From Octopus vulgaris (lineage: Eukaryota), in the NCBI GenBank assembly GCA_951406725.2, contig OX597824.1, positions 26,164,001-26,228,000 of the forward strand: a stretch of DNA of 64,000 nt. Direction: 5' to 3'. Shown here one piece after another: positions 35,847-49,199 of this stretch. The first letter of the stretch is position 1. The number at the start of each line of letters is the position of its first letter. A program made the translations under genes and the position numbers. The notes under the pieces were generated by a model. It saw only the letters and a program-made list of their open reading frames with translations. It made no database searches and was not told the origin of the DNA.

Positions 35847-36228
35847 CGTAATTGTATTTGGTTTGCAAGATTATTGATGACGTCTTTTCTTGTCTTTCCA
35901 TTTATATATATGTATGTATGTATATATATATATATATATATATATAGTTCATAATTGTATTTGGTTTGCAAGATTCTTGGTGTGAATTCGTGTGTTGAAA
36001 GAAATGCTATTGAATTGGGAGGGGCATTATGCCGGTAATAATAAAGTCGCGCCCTGGTTCGGTTCTTTATTGTTATTGTTAGTCAATGGGTTAGTTACTC
36101 TCTTAACCGATTTATCGAAAAGCTGTTATTTTACTAGTTTTTCAAACTCATATTTTAAACACTTTGGTCAAACAGTTAATCGTTTCAATTTTCAATATTG
36201 TTAATGTTATTATTTCTTTTATTTTTTC

Positions 36229-36272
36229 GTCAAATAATTATTTCATCGCATTGTCGCAATTTCTTCAGAGAC
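36229..36272 (-). ncRNA. Hammerhead-like motif
   Basis: Minus strand reads GUCu-CUGAAGA-a-AUUGC-gacaau-GCGAU-GAAA-UAAUUA-UU-uGAC. Helix III is palindromic; the first stem I pair is mismatched. Confidence 0.5.
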
Positions 36273-36459
36273 ACGTCTCTCCACTTCCATTTCCTTTGAA
36301 CTTATGTTCCAGCGTTGGGATTAGTTCGAGATGAGTATGTGAGTGTGTGTATGTCTGCATGTGTGTGTATGTATGTATGTGTGTGTATGCATATGTATAT
36401 ATGTATGCGTGTATTCTGCATATTCATGTGCTTGCACGTCCGTGTTTGTGTATTTTTTA

Positions 36460-36501
<42 letters not shown>

Positions 36502-36617
36502 CGTGTGTTTGTATATGTACGCATCTCTGTTTCCTTGTGTGTGCATGTCTGTGTGTGTGTGTGTTTTGCAACTATGTGCCATGTTTGTACGTAAGAATAC
36601 ACCCACCCACACATATG

Positions 36618-36658
<41 letters not shown>

Positions 36659-37797
36659 AAAAAATGAAGTTCGAAAATGCTGCTGTATTATACAATTTTT
36701 AATTTTTATATATACATTATAACATGTTTCAGTTCCTGAAATGAACCTTATCAAAAAAAGTTATATATAAAAAGAGACAGCTCATTTACAAATATATACC
36801 TACTCGTATACGAGCTAATCCTATTATAAATATATATATATATATATATATATACAAAATAAGAAAATGGAGAAATACATCCCAATCAAATATCAATTAC
36901 CAGATAATACCCAATCACATATCCCATGGAGGGTTGCATTTACAACCCCTATCTCAATTTTTAATTATATATATACTGTAATAAGAAAATTGAGGGGAGC
37001 AAGAGGTGGTATTCATCAACCTTTAAACATTATATTATGTCTATTTATTTATTTTTTAAAATACAATTATAACAATATACATACATGTATAACATATGCT
37101 TTACATATATGATATATAAAATATAAAAATGCCAGTCATTATTAAAATATATAATGTGAAGCATAGACTATCCTACTTTCTATGCTCTACGTAATATATT
37201 TTAATAATTACTGGTATTTTTATATTTTGTACATTTTATATATAAAGTATAATATGTTATACATGTATGTATATTGTTATAATTGTCATTTAAAAAATAA
37301 ATAGATAGACATAATGTCTAAAAGTCGATGACTACCACCCCTTGATCCCCTCCATTTTCTTATTGCTGTATAAATAAAGAGTAAAATAACTTCTTACCCT
37401 CACCCATTTATTACACTCGGTAATGTAATTGCCATGCAATGATTAAGCACTTGTGTATTAATAATTGGGTTTTCTACCAGCAGTATATTGGATAGATATT
37501 ATCCCTTAGTTGGTTGGATTCACAACCTCTAACTCTCTTGCAATTTTGTATATATATATAAACCACTATTATGCAATTCAAACAATGATAAGCATAAACC
37601 AAATCATGAATAAAAAAATAAAATATATTTTTTAAAACATTTAACTAGATCACAAAGAAGTACAAAATTTTTTATTCATTTTTATACCTTTTGTGATCTA
37701 GTTATATGTTTTAAAGAATATATTTTAAAATATGTTTTATTTTTTATTTATAATTTTGTTTATGTCTATCATTGTTTGAATTGCATAATAGTGGTTG

Positions 37798-38034
<237 letters not shown>

Positions 38035-38334
38035 GTATATTTATATACATATAAGAATATATAAAAGAAGCGATACAGACATATTTACACATATTTGTTG
38101 GATGGCCGTTGTCTACTCATGAGTTCTTCCACCCTTTGACGGGTCTTATTTTTCATCCCGCAGGGTGTCCAACAATCACCCACCTCACCAAGCAAGCCTG
38201 GTGGGGCTGACAGTTTAGTCGCGACGATCCGTTCATGCAACAGGTTGTATTGGATTATATGTTATCAGTAGCACTCGAGAACGACCCGGCATACATACAT
38301 ACATACATACATACATACATACATACATACATAC

Positions 38335-38376
<42 letters not shown>

Positions 38377-38700
38377 ATCACGTGACCGACCAGACCATCA
38401 GATGTTGCTACACATCGCTGGTCACAATGCGTTCGCATTGTTTTAGCCTTCGAATGACGCCACCCCGCTGGCTAAGCGAGCAGGCCAACAGAAGAAAGAG
38501 TGAGAGAAAGAGTGGTGAAAGAGTACAGCAGGGATCACCCCCCCCCCCCGCCGGAGCCTCGTGGAGCTTTTAGGTGTTTTCGCTCAATAAACACACACAA
38601 CGCCCGGTCTGGGAATCGAGACCGCGATCCTACGACCGCGATCCTACGACCGCGATCCTACGACCGCGAGTCCGCTGCCCTAACCACTAGACCATTGCGC

Positions 38701-38808
<108 letters not shown>

Positions 38809-38949
38809 ATATGTCATTCTTCAGTTTTATTTCAAGATTTCTTGCCAATAGAGAAAGAGTCGTTTTCTTACCTAGATCCAAGGCTCCCCCATTGGAATTT
38901 CAACATCAACAACAAGGTATCTTTGTATGTATGCATGTATAAGTGCAAA

Positions 38950-40365
38950 TTTGTATGTTTTGTTTTATGTAAGTCTTCTTATGCATATACTTGCATATCT
39001 AGACATGCTCATATATACCTAAATGATGCCATACAAGAGGCAAATTTCTTCAACTTTGAAAACTCATCATCAGGTAAGCAGCAACAAAATTTTACAAGTT
39101 TTCCCTCTCTGTGCTTCTCTTTCAACGACTCATTTGCTTGCAAATCAGTGAGCACCAACTGTAGATCGACTTGTACGTCATCAATGTTATAATCAAACGG
39201 ATTTTGAAACAGAAGACTGTCACTCTCAATTCTGTCGAGATCTGAAAATTAAAAAAACTGCTTATTTAAGCCACAAAATTCAAGGTTGCCATCTTCTGCG
39301 ATTCCGGCGCGAAACTCTTTGAAACACTGAAAATGAGAGAAGTTTCCTCCTTCCACTTGTGCTTCAAACAATGATAGCTTTCTCCGAAATCCTTTGATAA
39401 TTCTGTAGAGATCACAAATAAGGTTATCCTTTCCCTGAAGCTTCAAGTTCAATTCATTCATCTGGGATGTGATGTCAACCAAAAATGACAACTTTGACAG
39501 CCAGGTAGGATCTGACAGAAGTGGATCAGCTTTATCTTTTTCGGTGAGAAATAGATATTTTTCTCTTCGGAGCTTATCATAAGGAAACAAGACTTTACCG
39601 CAGCTCAGCCACCTTACTGCTGTTTGATAAGGCAAGTCACAGAATTCAGAATCGATTTCTTCAAGAAAAGCCTGGAACTGGCGGTGATTAAATGCATGAC
39701 TCCGAATGAAATCCACTGCAGAAACAACTGGTTTCAGCACGCAAGAAATATCTCAGTCTTTCCCATAAAGTGCTTGCTGATGAATAATGCAGTGTATAAA
39801 CAGAGCGCCCGGGAGTTGAAGATCTTTCAATTTAGTCCTGGTCTGCGCATCAGACCCTTCCTCACTCCAGCCATGTTTTTTCCTCCATCAACTGTAACAC
39901 ATCGAAGATGATTTCACTGAAGATCATAGTCTTGCAAAGTTTTCTGCACTTCCATGAAAATGTCTTCTCCAGTTGTTTTTCCGTGCATGCTGCAAACGGA
40001 TGCAAAATCTTCTGTTATCTGGAAGTCCAAATTAACATCATGAATGAACACGGGAAGATGTGACGCACTCGAGGAATCAGTAGACTCACCCAGCACCAAA
40101 GAAGTTCCTAGCTTTCTCGCGTATCTGTAGCAGTATGATCTCTCCAATTTTTTCTGTCCTCCGTACAACTGAACTTGCTGAAAGGCTGATGACATAATTA
40201 ATTGACGTTATTCCTTTTATATACGACACTCATCAAACCGGTTTAAACATGGCAATGCAAGTTGAAATACTATTGTTGGAGGAATGAACTCTCATTGCAG
40301 GTACTTGCACAAAAGGTAGTGCGGCGGCGGGCCGGGTGAACAGACCGTAGTTTGGTGATCCTTGG
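38950..40365 (-). mobile_element. Degraded hAT transposon (Charlie/SPIN, GTF2IRD2-like transposase pseudogene)
   Basis: Frames give SLVLGESTDSSSASHL..TTGEDIF, VTVDGGKNMAG and FIRSHAFNHRQFQAFLEEI..VRWLSCGKVL..LSFLVDITSQMNELNLKLQGK, broken by stops and frameshifts. A Charlie-like terminus lies near 40365. Confidence 0.88.
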
Positions 40366-40978
40366 CTTAGACGAAGAACTCGATCCCAATATTTATTTCT
40401 TGAAGCCTGGTACTTATTTTATCCACTAACTGAAACAAGCAAGAAATTATACCTACCTACCTACCTACCTACCTACCTACCTACCTACCTACCTACCCTA
40501 CCTACCTACCTACATACATACATACATACCTACTTACTCACCTACCTACCTACCTACCTACCTACCTACCTACCTACCTACCTACCTACCTACCTACCTA
40601 CCTACCTTCCTACCTACCTACATACATACATACATGCTGAGACCCCCTTCTGTCATGACTGACCATAGGATTGCACCTAGAAAGTTACCCTCCCAGGCAG
40701 AAGTCCGAGCAAGGTTGTTTTTATGGAAGACCAGCAGTCGCCCATGCATACCGGTCTCCCCTCTCCACGCCACCAGTGTTATCCAAGGGAAAGGCAAAGG
40801 GCCGATACAGCTTGGTACCTGTGACGTCGCAACTCATTTCTGCAGCTGAGTGAACTGGAGCAACGTGAAATAAAGTGTCTTGCTCAAGAACACAACACGC
40901 AGCCTGGTCCGGGATTCGAACTCACAACTTCACGATCGTAAGCTCGACGCTCTAACCACTGAGCAATGTGCCTTCACA

Positions 40979-41027
<49 letters not shown>

Positions 41028-41059
41028 CTGTAAATGTAATATGTGACAATTATTCGGTA

Positions 41060-41129
41060 GCCATAATAAAACTCCGAGTTTCGGATGCCGAGGTAGAAAT
41101 CCCCACCGCTATCTCTTCAGTTATCAGGC
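41060..41129 (-). ncRNA. Hammerhead-like motif in a short repeat (about 41030-41210)
   Basis: Minus strand reads AUAA-CUGAAGA-GAU..AUC-c-GAAA-CUCGGAG-UU-UUAU. Confidence 0.6.
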
Positions 41130-41206
41130 CAATAGAGGAGATAAATTCCTCTATTTGCATAATATCAAGGTCTCTTTCATTCCTTTGTTGTCTTAACCAT
41201 TTCTAT

Positions 41207-41277
<71 letters not shown>

Positions 41278-41408
41278 CTGCATCGGAAATTTGCAATGGC
41301 TCCATAACTACCGTCTCGGCTGTAACCTTGGAGCCCTTGTAATCCGTTACACCACTTACATAACGTACCTAGTCGTTTAGATCACCTATGAACTAAACCA
41401 CCATACTT

Positions 41409-41443
<35 letters not shown>

Positions 41444-41449
<6 letters not shown>

Positions 41450-41649
41450 CTATAAAATAATATGTTACATTACTCGATAGTCAAGATAAAACTCTGAGTT
41501 TCAGATGCCGAAGTGGGAATCCACAACGCCATCTCTTCAGTTAGCCAGATAACTGAAGAGATGGCGTTGTGGATTCCCACTTCGGCATCTGAAACTCAGA
41601 GTTTTATCTTGACTATCGAGTAATGTAACATATTATTTTATAGATAAAT
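41444..41649. repeat. Perfect 100-bp inverted repeat (6-nt loop) carrying a hammerhead-like motif in each arm
   Basis: 41444-41543 is the exact reverse complement of 41550-41649. The + strand 41547-41609 reads AGAUAA-CUGAAGA-GAUG..CAUC-u-GAAA-CUCAGAG-UU-UUAUCU. Confidence 0.85.
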
Positions 41650-41707
41650 TTCCTCTATTTACATAATATTGAGGTCTCTTTCTTTCTTTTGTTATCTTAC
41701 CGTTTTA

Positions 41708-41767
<60 letters not shown>

Positions 41768-42126
41768 GGGCGTAACTCTGTGGTAAGAAGCTTGCTTCCT
41801 AACCACATGGTTCTGCGTTCTATCCCACTGCGTACGACCTTGGGCAAGGCAAGTATCCTCTACTATAGCCTCGGGCCGACCAAGGCTTCGTGAGTGGCAT
41901 TGGTAGACGGACACACACACACACACACACACATATATGTGTATGTGTGTGTCTGTGTCTGTATGTCTCACCGCTTGACTATACCGGTGTTGGTGTGTTT
42001 ATGTTCCCTTAACATAGCAGTACTAGGCTTAAAAAGTGCCGGGGTCTATTTGTTCGACTAAAATTCTGCCAGGTGGTGCACCAACATGGCCACAGTCTAA
42101 TGACTGAAATAGATAAAAAATAAAAG

Positions 42127-42169
<43 letters not shown>

Positions 42170-42776
42170 CACACACACGCACACATACAGACGTAGCTGT
42201 GTGGTAAGAAGTTTGATTTCCAACAACATGGTTCCAGGATCAGTCCCACTGCGTTGTACCTTGGGTAAGTACCTTTTACTTTAACCTAGGGCTGACCAAG
42301 ACCTTGAGTGGAATTGGTAGACGGAAACTGAAAGAAGCCCGTCGTATATATGTTCCTTTATATATATATATTTATTTATTTATTAATTCATATCTGTGTG
42401 CGTACCTTTATGCCTGGCTTCCCCACCATCGCTTAACAACCGGTGTTGGTTTGTTTACGTCCCTCAACGTAGCGGTTTGGCAGAACTGATCGACAGAGTA
42501 AGTACCAGGGTTTAAAATACCACGAATTACTGGAATCGTTCATTGGAGTATAATTTTTTCTTGGGCGGTGCTCCAGCAAAGCCACAGTCTAATGACTAAG
42601 CAATAAAAAATAAAAGGTATCTGTATATGTGTGTGTGAGTGATTGTACACACACACACACACGTACAAACACACATGCACTTGGTTATACAATGTGTCAA
42701 ACACACCCTTTTGTAAATTGGTAGGTTAGTGCTCTTTACAGACACACATACACTGACACATTCACACACACATATG

Positions 42777-42848
<72 letters not shown>

Positions 42849-43024
42849 CTTATTTTATGTTATTTATTTGTATTAAATTATTTGCTATATTTTTTATAGT
42901 GATACAAATAAAATAATTTTCCATAAATTTTCACCGTTTTCTTATATCAATAAAAATGTGTGTATATATATATATATGTAAGTATATATATATGTATATA
43001 TATATGTATATATATATATATGCA

Positions 43025-43103
<79 letters not shown>

Positions 43104-43278
43104 GTTTTTGTACTTGCTTCGTATGATTCTACCTGCTGTGAAATCGTGTATTGAAGCATGTTGTTATGGTCATATTTTTGCCAATTAAACACACGCACCT
43201 AGTCTTCACTCAGCTTTATCATCATCATCTTCATCATCATCATCATCATTATCATCATCATCATCATCATTATCATCA

Positions 43279-43360
<82 letters not shown>

Positions 43361-43361
<1 letters not shown>

Positions 43362-44387
43362 GAGTGAGAGAGCAGAGCATGCCATCAAAGTGACACTGGG
43401 GTAAAATATACGAAGCCCAGTATACCCACCATGACTACCTGTCTGATAAGGGTACACCAGACACATGCATCACAACCATATGTGCGCGACATGTTGATCT
43501 CATATCAAGATAAACAGCGCATGACCTTGCAGGTGGGGCCCAGTTAGAATTTTCTTCTGGTCGAGTAGCCCATCCCACTCAAAATAAGGGTTGTTTAAGG
43601 ATGTTGAACGAACCACCCATGTTTCCAAAAGTGAATTATTTAAACCTCTAAGAATTCCTTTTAACACATGGCTATGGTGCTCCCCCACTACTTCTGCTCG
43701 TGATCAGAGATGCACATATTGTCAGCCACTAAGGGTCATGGTCAACTGGTTAAGGTCAAACAACTGACAAGCAAATCTGTGGTATTGAGCAGAATATTTG
43801 CTGTAGCACATTATTTATTATTATTATTGAGTGAGAGAGCAGAGCATGCCATCAAAGTGACACTGGGGTAAAATATACGAAGCCCAGTGTACCCATCATG
43901 ACTACCCGTCTGATAAGGGTACACCAGGCACATGCATCACAACCATATGTGCGCGACATGGTGATTTCATATCAAGATAAAAGGCGCATGACCTTGCAGG
44001 TGGGGCCCAGTTAGAATTTTCTTCTGTTCGAGTAGCCCATCCCACTCAAAAGGTCCCTGAATAAGGATTGTTTAAGGATGTTGAATGAACCACCCATGTT
44101 TCCAGAGGTGAATTATCCAAACCTCCAAGAATTCCTTTCAACACACGGCTATGATGCTCCCCCACTACTTCTGCTCGTGATCAGAGATGCACATATCGTC
44201 AGCCACTAAGGGACATGCTCAACTGGTTAAGGTCAAACAACTGACAAGCAAATCTGTGGTATTGAGCAGAATATTTGCTGTAGCCCATCTTTTATACTGA
44301 GACAAAACAATGTACATGATAACACTTCCAATCAGTTAAGATCAGAAGCCATGAGAGCCACTGCCTGGTACTGCATCAGGGCATTTA
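43361..44387 (-). mobile_element. Two tandem copies of the (TAA)n-embedded family F element
   Basis: 43361-43810 and 43827-44387 are near-identical, and each is bounded by (ATT)n runs. Confidence 0.8.
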
Positions 44388-44573
44388 TTATTATTATTAT
44401 TATCATAATTATTGCAGTAAGTAGCTTGCTTACGAACCACATGGTTCCGGGTACAGTCCTACTGCGTGGCACATTGGACAAGTGTCTTCTACTATAGCCT
44501 CGGGCCGAACAAAGCCTTGTGAATGGATTTGGTAGACGGAAACTGAAAGAAGTCTGTCGTATATATATGTATA

Positions 44574-44657
<84 letters not shown>

Positions 44658-45298
44658 GAATGGAAGCACTCCGTCGGTTACGACGATGAGGGTTCCGGTT
44701 GATCCGATCAACGGAACAGCCTGCTCGTGAAATTAACGTGTAAGTGGCTGAGCACTCCACAGACACGTGTACCCTTAACGTAGTTCTCGGGGATATTCAG
44801 CGTGACACGGAGAGTGACAAGGCCGGCCCCTTTGAAATACAGGTACAACAGAAACAGGAAGCAAGAGTGAGAGAAAGTTGTGGTGAAAGAGTACAGCAGG
44901 GATCACCACCATCCCTGCCGGACCCTCGTGGAGCTTTAGGTGTTTTCGCTCAATAAACACTCACAACGCCCGGCCCGGGAATCGAAACCGCGATCCTACC
45001 ACCGCGAGTCCGCTGCCCTAACCACTGGGCCATTGCGCCTCCACATATATAGAACCGGTAGCAGGCCAAAGTAGACAAGTATAGAGATGCAGTAACGGTT
45101 AGTTTCTTTAGATTTGCAATACAGCATCTTATCTGTTAACGAGTCGTAATTTCCCTAGAGTTTAAGCAAGCCCTCCAACACAGCACACCGCGCCGACCAC
45201 ACAGAAGCTCACAATTGTGCGGCAACAAATTGTTTTTCTTTCAATATATACTCAATCATATACACATACATACATGCATACATACATACATACATACA

Positions 45299-45359
<61 letters not shown>

Positions 45360-45448
45360 GTCGTATAGATTCATGCTACTACAAACGCATATTTTTGTGT
45401 GCATTTATCTATAATTGTATATATATAGATATAGACGCATGTATGTAG

Positions 45449-45507
<59 letters not shown>

Positions 45508-45587
45508 TGTTGAAAGTGTATGTTTAAAATGATATTCTCTCTCTCTATATATGCACATACGTCTATGTATATATATATGTATGTATA

Positions 45588-45656
<69 letters not shown>

Positions 45657-45731
45657 TATATATATATAATTGAACCACACGCGTATTTATCGTTATGGTA
45701 AAATCTGGCGTGTGATTGAGTGGATTTCATC

Positions 45732-45827
45732 CAGATAGTTTTGGCTGACGAGCTACAAGTGGATTTTTTTGTAAGTAAAATTACATTTAATTCATTAATA
45801 GCGAAACAATTGTCCCAAAATAATCTG
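45732..45827 (+). ncRNA. Type I hammerhead ribozyme (canonical core), copy 1
   Basis: UUUUGG-CUGACGA-GCUA-(43-nt loop)-UAGC-GAAA-CAAUUG-UC-CCAAAA. Stem I extends with CAGAU/AUCUG. Predicted cleavage is after 45814. Confidence 0.85.
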
Positions 45828-46265
45828 TATTTTTGTTATTTTTATTTGCCCTGTCCGTGTGAGCTAACAATCGTACTGACTTTCATGGGAAACACGTATT
45901 TTTGTGGTTGAAACCTTTTGGATTAACTGGTGCTAGAGTGAGCCATATAGTGACCACTCTCTTATATTTATTTTGTAAAAATATTATAATATATTATAAA
46001 ATATTATAATAATCCAGGTTTCTCGGAGCACTAGGCCACTTGGTGTTGAATAGATATACTATTAAATTAGTATCTAATTCTCTCACCCTTATTAATTAAT
46101 TATAATTATGCTGCATTTATTTCTAAATGCTGTATTTGTTTTCCGTGAAAGTTTGGCGCGCTGTTAGTTGGGGCATTTGAATTATAACGTCGGATGTAAT
46201 CAATTGAACCACACGCGTATTTATCGTTATGGTAAAATCTGGCGTGTGATTGAGTGGATTTCATC

Positions 46266-46361
46266 CAGATAGTTTTGGCTGACGAGCTACAAGTGGATTT
46301 TTTTGTAAGTAAAATTACATTTAATTCATTAATAGCGAAACAATTGTCCTAAAATAATCTG
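46266..46361 (+). ncRNA. Type I hammerhead ribozyme (canonical core), copy 2
   Basis: Same motif 534 nt downstream; the one stem I change gives a G-U wobble. Predicted cleavage is after 46348. Confidence 0.82.
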
Positions 46362-46630
46362 TATTTTTGTTATTTTTTATTTGCCCTGTCCGTGTGAGCT
46401 AACAATCGTACTGACTTTCATGGGAAACATGTATTTTTGTGGTTGAAACCTTTTGGATTAACTGGTGCTAGAGTGAGCCATATAGTGACCACTCTCTTAT
46501 ATTTATTTTGTAAAAATATTATAATATATTATAAAATATTATAATAATCCAGGTTTCTCGGAGCACTAGGCCACTTGGTGTTGAATAGATATACTATTAA
46601 ATTAGTATCTAATTCTCTCACCCTTATTAA

Positions 46631-46678
<48 letters not shown>

Positions 46679-46800
46679 AAATATATATATATATGTATAT
46701 ACACACACCATGTACACGTCTGGATTCATATAGATGATGTATATATTTATAATCTATATATGGTCAACACATGTGTGTATGAATATAGAAATATATGAAC

Positions 46801-46844
<44 letters not shown>

Positions 46845-46845
<1 letters not shown>

Positions 46846-47240
46846 CTCTCCACACACACATAGAGAAGAACTGGAAGAGATATCTTGATGACTGCTTCAT
46901 CCTTTGGCCCGAAACCATCGAGAAGCTTAAAGAATTTCACACCCTTATAAATGGGCTCAACACAAACATTATTTTCACGATGGAATACAGCCCTCAACAA
47001 ATTCCCTTCCTCGACATCCTCATTAAAATTCACAACAAAAAAATAGAAACAGACATATACTACAAGCCCACAGACTCCAAGCAATACCTCCTTTCAATTC
47101 ATGCCACCCTAGACACGTTAAAATTAACATTCCCTACAACTTAGCCAAGAGAATTTGCACTATAGTCTCCAATAAAAACACCCGTCTTTTACGTCTACAA
47201 GAACTTAAGGACACATTAACAAGCAGGGATTACCCCACGT
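46845..47240 (+). mobile_element. Penelope-like element reverse transcriptase fragment
   Basis: WKRYLDDCFILW..IIFTMEYS..IPFLDILI..TDIYYKPTDSKQYL, then after a frameshift CHPRHVKINIPYNLAKRICTIVS. This matches PLE RT C-terminal and thumb motifs. Confidence 0.88.
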
Positions 47241-48030
47241 CTTACCCCAACACCAACTTCCATTCAAACATTCACGTGACCCCTTTATAATGACCAATCA
47301 AAATTGTATTGACCATTGTCCACAAGAAATTTTAGGCGCGAAACCAAGCAAATCTTAAACAACTCTGGAGCCTCTTTTTTCACATATAAGAGACAGCAAA
47401 CCCAACATAAAGTCAGATAAGAGAAAAAAATCAATCAGAAAGGAACTCTATCTCACTCAAAATATCTTTTGATAAGCATAACAAATGCGCAACCGGTAAA
47501 CTCTTACTTTTTTTATTCTACACTGAAATCTGACATTGAACTTTTCCACAAAAAACTGTATATTACACGCTTTTACTAAATATCTTATTCTGAAACAGAA
47601 CACTGTAAAAGACTCTTACTTTTTTTCTTATACACTGAAATCATTCACAAAAAATGAACATTGTATTCTAACCCAATTTTTCTCTTTTTTTGTTTAAAAA
47701 AAAGAACTTTCACCTAATTAAATACACTTTCCCTTACTTAAATTATTTTGTCAGCATTTTCTTCATTTCCTTTTTTTATATATCACAACTCGTGTTCCAC
47801 ATCTCCTTTTTTAAATATATATATATATATGTCCGCTGATTTTTCCTCTAGAGAACATTCTTTTCTTTGTAGTTTGATCGTAGGTGATCTACTTCTAGCA
47901 TACGACTGCCCTTTAAATATACACATGTATTAGAATTTTCTCTGATTTTTCAGATTTTTGTATGCTAGGCTACTGGTTTTAAATTTATATTAATTAAATT
48001 AATATTAAAGTTATCTCCCTCATTATTTAA

Positions 48031-48083
<53 letters not shown>

Positions 48084-48087
48084 TATG

Positions 48088-48119
<32 letters not shown>

Positions 48120-48324
48120 TACTATTATGGCCGCCATATTGTAAAGTCATGGAAATTTGGTGCTTTTAAGTTGTAAAGTGTTTGTAACTTTTCCCGCCTT
48201 TTCATATTTATTCTTACCATTACATTTCTGAGATTGTCTGGACCGCGCAGATAGTACTTCTGTGTAGAAATATCCCATGTTTTACAGGGGTTTGCATAAA
48301 TAATTTTTGAATTTTAATTGCTTT

Positions 48325-48360
<36 letters not shown>

Positions 48361-49199
48361 CAATTTTCTGTAATTATTTAAAGATGGCGAATAAAGAAGC
48401 CATCATAATGTTCGATAAAGGAACGCGCTCCTTGTCGAGAAATTTTGAGAACAAGGAAAGGATTGAGAATGTCAACATCGAATGGCCTAAACTTAATGAC
48501 GTCACCGAGGTGAAATTTTTTTAGTCCCTAAGCAACGGCAAAACTTTCGGTGTCGACGACGAGAACAACAACAGCAGCAACATCAGTAGTGACAGCAGCA
48601 GCAGCACTGACAGCAGCAGCGGCAGTGACAGCAGCAGCAAAAGCAAATATCGCTCCTCCTGCATCTTTTGCGTCAGCGGCGAGAAATGTGGAAAGTTTCT
48701 GCATTGATGAAAGAGAATTAGAATTAGCAAGAAAAATTGTAAAAAGAGATGGGAGAAGGCTAGCTCTAAGCCTTCCATCTAACGAGGTAGAAAATATCGC
48801 ATGATGCAAGGTAAATATCGCAAGATGCACGGTAACATACCTATTTCTTTATTACCCACAAGGGGCTAAACACAGGGGGACAAGCAAGGACAGACATAGG
48901 TATTAAGTCGATTACATCGACCCCAGTGCGTAACTGGTACTTAATTTATCGACCCCGAAAGGATGAAAGGCAAAGTCAACCCCGACGGAATTTTGAACTC
49001 AGAACGTAATGACAGACGAAATACTGCTAAGCATTTCGCCCGGCGTGCTAACGATTCTGCCAGCTCTCCGCCTTCGTTGCATCGGGGTCATGTTTCGGTG
49101 GGTGGAAAATGCTCCTGAGAGCGAAGCACAAAAATACCCTGGACACACGTGGGAACAAAAGACCCACGTCACCCGAGGAAAGAAGTCTGGAACCATAGA

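Larger units (their letters stand above)
45668..46635 (+). repeat. Tandem direct repeat of 534-bp period (two 434-bp copies plus a 100-bp spacer), retrozyme/Penelope pseudo-LTR-like
   Basis: 45668-46101 vs 46202-46635 show only two substitutions that I could find. (TA)n flanks both sides. Confidence 0.9.

Noticed and set aside
35744-35972. Repeat-spacer pattern resembling a CRISPR array (also the family C units)
   Set aside because: Eukaryotic context, spacers are microsatellites or mutually homologous, and there are no cas genes.
38120-38290. GC-richer island resembling an RTE 5' end, with a possible HDV-like ribozyme
   Set aside because: I could not build the nested double pseudoknot by eye; it needs a descriptor search.
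48383-48830. Ala/Thr-rich ORF as a host gene exon
   Set aside because: Low-complexity and frameshifted, directly upstream of the L1/Tx1 RT region; more likely an ORF1 remnant.
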